From Macrostomum hystrix (lineage: Eukaryota; Animalia; Platyhelminthes), in the NCBI GenBank assembly GCA_950097015.1, contig CATNEN010000039.1:19654001-19718000 (forward strand): DNA of 64,000 nt. Direction: 5' to 3'. This document shows, piece by piece, positions 59,747-64,000 of the stretch. Position 1 is the stretch's first letter, and each line of letters starts with the position of its first letter. Below the pieces are notes generated by a model, which saw only the letters and a list, made by a program, of their open reading frames with translations, was not told where the DNA came from and made no database searches. Both the position numbers and the translations under genes were made by a program.

Positions 59747-61957
59747 AATCGAACCAAACACGGATCACATGCAGTTAGTATACCAACTCAATAAAAGTAC
59801 TTTACTCCGTTCCCATTTGATCTCTGAATGGTATCAGAAATCTCATCGTTGCTGTATAATAGTACATTTCGAACGCTATTCTAATTATACGCGAGTAAAC
59901 TCTGAGTTTAGGAATCAATGTATATTCAATGTATATTCCAATATAAATTATCAATCCGAAGTCGGAAGGTTAAGCAGAGTTAGGCTGATTGATGTCTTCA
60001 ATATTTTCTGTAAGTTAAAAATTGCTTGTGAAGAGATAGATCCGCGCTATTCAGAATATATGGAAGCTTGGAATAAGTCCGAGGATTTCAGAAAGTTATC
60101 AGATTAGCATCGAGAAATTTCTTTGCGAAACATTTCTCCGAATGCATGGGCTTAAAAAATATTTGCTAAGTCAAGTTTGGAGTATCAACATATAAATAAA
60201 TTTTTACCAGCAATTTTCTGAGGTAACATTTTCCTACCGTTCCGTTCCGCAAAGTTTTTACAGAAATGATACTTTTTATTTATCCTCACACGAAAGGGTG
60301 ACATTTAATAAAAATAAGTTTTCAAGGTGCAAAGCTGTCACCGAGCTCAGGTTACCAAGTCAAATACCTCCGTAGGTCAGTATTAGGTAAGACCTGTAGC
60401 CGCTTCTATTTCTTTGCGTTGTGCAATAAATGATTTAAGTTGCACAGTGATTTTGTATTGTTTAGCGCAGCAGCTGGCGGTGGGGTGACCTTTGTCCAAG
60501 TATTAATTGTTCAACACTGCTGTACCATATTGTTGGTGCGGAGACTTTTTGCAGTTTCAATGTTTGAAGCATAATTTCATGCGGTCGCGGCGGGTCGCCA
60601 GCAACGTAATGACTATTCTGGTCAAAGAAGTTACGATTCTCGTAATGACTAATGACTGTGTAGACGCTATCCTAAAAGAAAAGATTGTCTGTAATAATAC
60701 TGTTTTTCGTGTCTTTTTTCTTCAGTTCCAGAAAGTGCAGCTAGTGACCGCGGCGTGTATCTGCTTCATTTACCGTGCGAAACCTAGCCTTGACTTGCCT
60801 TTGACTTTTTGTCTAAGATTTCATCCCTTCAAATCCCTTAGAATAACTTTTTTTAGCAATGGGCCTGAGGTGGGGAAAATCCTTCTTGGGAGGGGCTCCC
60901 ATCAGTGCCTCAAACTGTCCGCGGTCACCGATGGATTAGCGGCAAGTCTTAGAGAAGCGCGAGTTGCCACGCAAAGTGAACCGGACAGATTAAAAGGCCC
61001 GTTTATATAGTGCCTTGCGCGTGGGCTTCTAAACCAGGCACACGACTATCGTTTAAAACACTCAGCATATTGGCCTGTCTCCCTGTCAGTTGGTCATGCC
61101 GCGTCTTGCCACTCAGCACCTCAAGTTCGCTTTTGTAGTTCATGCATTAGAGTGGGGTCATAGATTTCCAGCACTTCAACCTTTGCAGGGTCGGCTTACT
61201 TCCAGAAAATTCACCCGCTTGACTTCAGACACTTGTATATAGAAAGTATGCGGACTATTTAACAGAACACAGTCTGTCTGTACTGTGAAAAGACACGAAG
61301 CTTAAGTTATAAGCGACCCTTGGCACCTCGTTAATCATATAGAATGCAACTTAAGAAAGAAAGAATGTTTGAATAACATTCTTTTAATTTTGGTTCGTGA
61401 ATTTAATTTATTAATCCTTTAAAATAGTTCGGAATTATTGTCATTTAATATATTGCATTTGTAATAGCTTTCTCGGAGCGTTAAATAACTGACAAAAGAA
61501 TGAAGAGAGTGCATCTGATTCTGTGTGTACTTTTAGCTGAGGTTTGGAGTTAATAAAGCCCTCCAAGCACTGAACGTCTGTTAAGTATTGAATAGATGAG
61601 AAGAGCAACTGAAGCGTGATAGAGATGCATGCTTTCACCCTATGTTTTAAGCGGCAATTAATCATCGAGCAGAATATTTACGGTGCATTCTTCACTGTCA
61701 ATGCAGTATGCCCCTGTGTGGTTGCCTATGTTTTGTAACATTGTCTCCACGAGTATGTGTCTCTAACTCCCGTTCACCCAACAGTCCTGGGATGTGTTAG
61801 CTGCATGGCCTGCCCATTGGGAAGGGGATAGAAAAAACGTAAAATATACGACCTCCAGTGGCCCTGGCTGACTGGATCTCACCAAACAGCGAGTTTGTCT
61901 ACCGATGTTGAGGCATGAGGCAGATTTTCCAGTGACCATTGCAGAGCCATTCTTTGG

Positions 61958-62247
61958 CACCTACCCCAATTGAGCCAGATGTGCTGCCGACAGCACAGTC
62001 GCAGCTATTGCACGGCGCATCTGAAGGCTGCGTACAGCTGTTCAGTCCATGGACTGGGGGGACGCCACACCCACCCTCAATTACTCCAGCTAATGCTGGT
62101 ACCCAATTTTACAGCTGGGTGAACTGAAGCAATGCAGAGTTAAGTGTCTTGCTAAAGACCAAAAATTGTTCCAGTTCAACCGGGAAACGAACCCCCGACC
62201 TTCAAGTCGTGAGACCGACACCCTAACCACAAAGCTATACAACCCCC
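61958..62247 (-). mobile_element. SINE family B, near full-length
   Basis: Homologous along its length to 31839-32134 and to the split copy at 34505-35700. Confidence 0.88.
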
Positions 62248-63435
62248 ATAAATCAAATATGATTTAAAAGACTAGACGCAGTGGGATTTGAAGATGGGGA
62301 CCACAGAATAGCTAAAAAAGCAATCTGTTTACGACCCACATGCTCTATAAATATATAAATTCGTTTTTGTCTGACGTGCAGACATGTGCCGGGATTTACC
62401 AAATGTCGTTATTTAGAGCCAAGATACGCGCGTAAGCTTAGTGCCGGACACTGGTTTATGGGGGCCATTCCGAAAAGACCAGTTTGATGACATGAGGCCA
62501 AGGGCGGCATCAGCCGTCTTACTTTCACCACTTCAGACTTGGGATTGGCATCTCGGCTGAGCTAGACCAAACGGTCCGGGAATTTCAGAAAACCCAATTA
62601 GAACGAGTGCCTGACTGTACAAAAATCCTCCCATTATCAGAGGCTTAACTGCGGCAGTATAGTTCCTGCAATCTAGTTGATCTCTTCATTTATCGTCTAT
62701 CAGGCGGCTTTGAAAAAGGGAGGGTACCAGATAGTGCCAATGGTGCCTCACAATGATCTAATTGATGAAAAAAAACTCATTAAGCTTTTTCATCAGCTGC
62801 AGAAATGCCCACTAAATTACATCAATCAAGCGCTTAACACGATAAAGTACGATGGCGAAACACGACTAGCAAACCCTGAATTACTTTCATCAGCTTATTC
62901 AACTAGCGAAACTTGTATTTTTTCGACTATCATTGCTCTGGGATAAATCTGAGTGACTAAATTAGTAATTGCTGCATTTTTTACGGGCAGTGCATATACT
63001 AACAGTTAGTCTGCAGACAAGAAATTATCATGGAATAATGACTGTATTATAGAATATCCATTTAATTATCAGTCAAGCTAGGCAATGTAGGTAAGGGTAA
63101 AATAAGATAAAACTGACAGTACTAGAAGTGAAAGAACTATGACAGGTAGTCTAAAAGTAACTAAAAGGTTTTAACTTTCAAAAATTATTTGTAATTGATA
63201 TGAAATTCGCAAAAATGCAGAAGATTGATGTTGCATTGTGAAAATATAAAAGTACGAGTATTACATGTACTTAGATTAGCAAACGGAAGGATCGTGGTGA
63301 GATTGATTAAGGGACTAATAAATACTTTGGTATTATTTGCAAAGTACTTATATTATCGTATTACACCCCAGTTAGTATTTATTAGTCCCTGGACTCCACA
63401 GGTAAGCTCAATAGATTACTAGTTCTCTTAATCAG

Positions 63436-64000
63436 TTATCGTACAGTTTCGCCGGGAAAATTGTCATAAAATGACGGCAGTGGTCGCGAAAGAACTAGCA
63501 GAGGAAGCTGAACTTCAGACTCTTCATCATCATCTGCGGCAGCAGCGCCGAGCAAATCACCGTTAAGTAAAATTTGCGCATTGGCCTCTCTATTTTCGGC
63601 TTCATCAGCAGTGTCGGCATCAGGTTTTACATCTGCGGTGTGCTGCTGCGAACATGTAGCAGCTGTGGCCGGTTTAGGAACAGCACACTTAAACAGGCGT
63701 CGACTTGACAGGTATAACAACTCCAGAATCTCAAAGGCTGTAGTGACCGTCACGCCGAGAGTGAGCCCTCCCAGACCGCCAATACGACTCATGAGAGCGC
63801 TCAGGCTGATCTGCAAAGTTTCCCGGTTGACTTGGGTGTTGTAACCTTGGCGACTAATCGTAACAAGAGCCATTTTGTTTGATAGACGCTTCTCCAGACT
63901 GCGAAGTTTTATCACCTGAGGCGCGGTGGCAATCAGCTCCAGGTCGCTGTACGACAGGAGCTGTTCCAGTTTTTCTAAAGTCTTCTTGTCACTGCGGCCC
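63436..64000 (-). CDS. 3' part of a divergent DEG/ENaC subunit (runs off the window)
   Basis: Frame is open to the window edge. LSALMSRIGGLGGLTLGVTVTTAFEILELLY matches the DEG/ENaC TM2 pattern. Confidence 0.75.
   Translation of the reverse strand, partial: GRSDKKTLEKLEQLLSYSDLELIATAPQVIKLRSLEKRLSNKMALVTISRQGYNTQVNRETLQISLSALMSRIGGLGGLTLGVTVTTAFEILELLYLSSRRLFKCAVPKPATAATCSQQHTADVKPDADTADEAENREANAQILLNGDLLGAAAADDDEESEVQLPLLVLSRPLPSFYDNFPGETVR

Noticed and set aside
60390-61300. Third solo LTR or small minus-strand gene (TATA-like at about 61005, splice-like signals)
   Set aside because: No matching TG..CA termini with a TSD and no credible coding frame found.

Overview
Eukaryotic (animal) genomic DNA with short GT-AG introns, many minisatellites and tRNA-derived SINEs. 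The style suggests an invertebrate, possibly a free-living flatworm such as Macrostomum (inference only). Genes I could splice by hand with consistent intron phases: a 9-exon p120/delta-catenin family gene ending in DSWV (- strand); three tandem two-exon DEG/ENaC channel genes (+); an 8-exon secreted single-domain ACE-like M2 peptidase (-); an N-acylated stathmin-domain gene (+); a frameshifted WSC+PAN-like secreted gene; three PAN-like+fibrinogen-domain genes; the 3' end of a fourth, atypical DEG/ENaC; and three orphan ORFs. Mobile DNA: a full-length intact EN-RT-RNaseH LINE (LOA/I-group-like) with a 13-bp TSD, a truncated RTE-like LINE, two solo LTRs with TSDs, a hAT MITE, and two SINE families. 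There are six large minisatellites. The best candidate for a new system is the DEG/ENaC array. Its TM1 and TM2 blocks are almost identical at the nucleotide level while the extracellular domains are very divergent (a constant-pore, variable-sensor design). One copy carries an HG-to-HS change in the gating motif, and a 25-bp minisatellite about 17 kb away contains the sequence encoding the shared selectivity-filter region.
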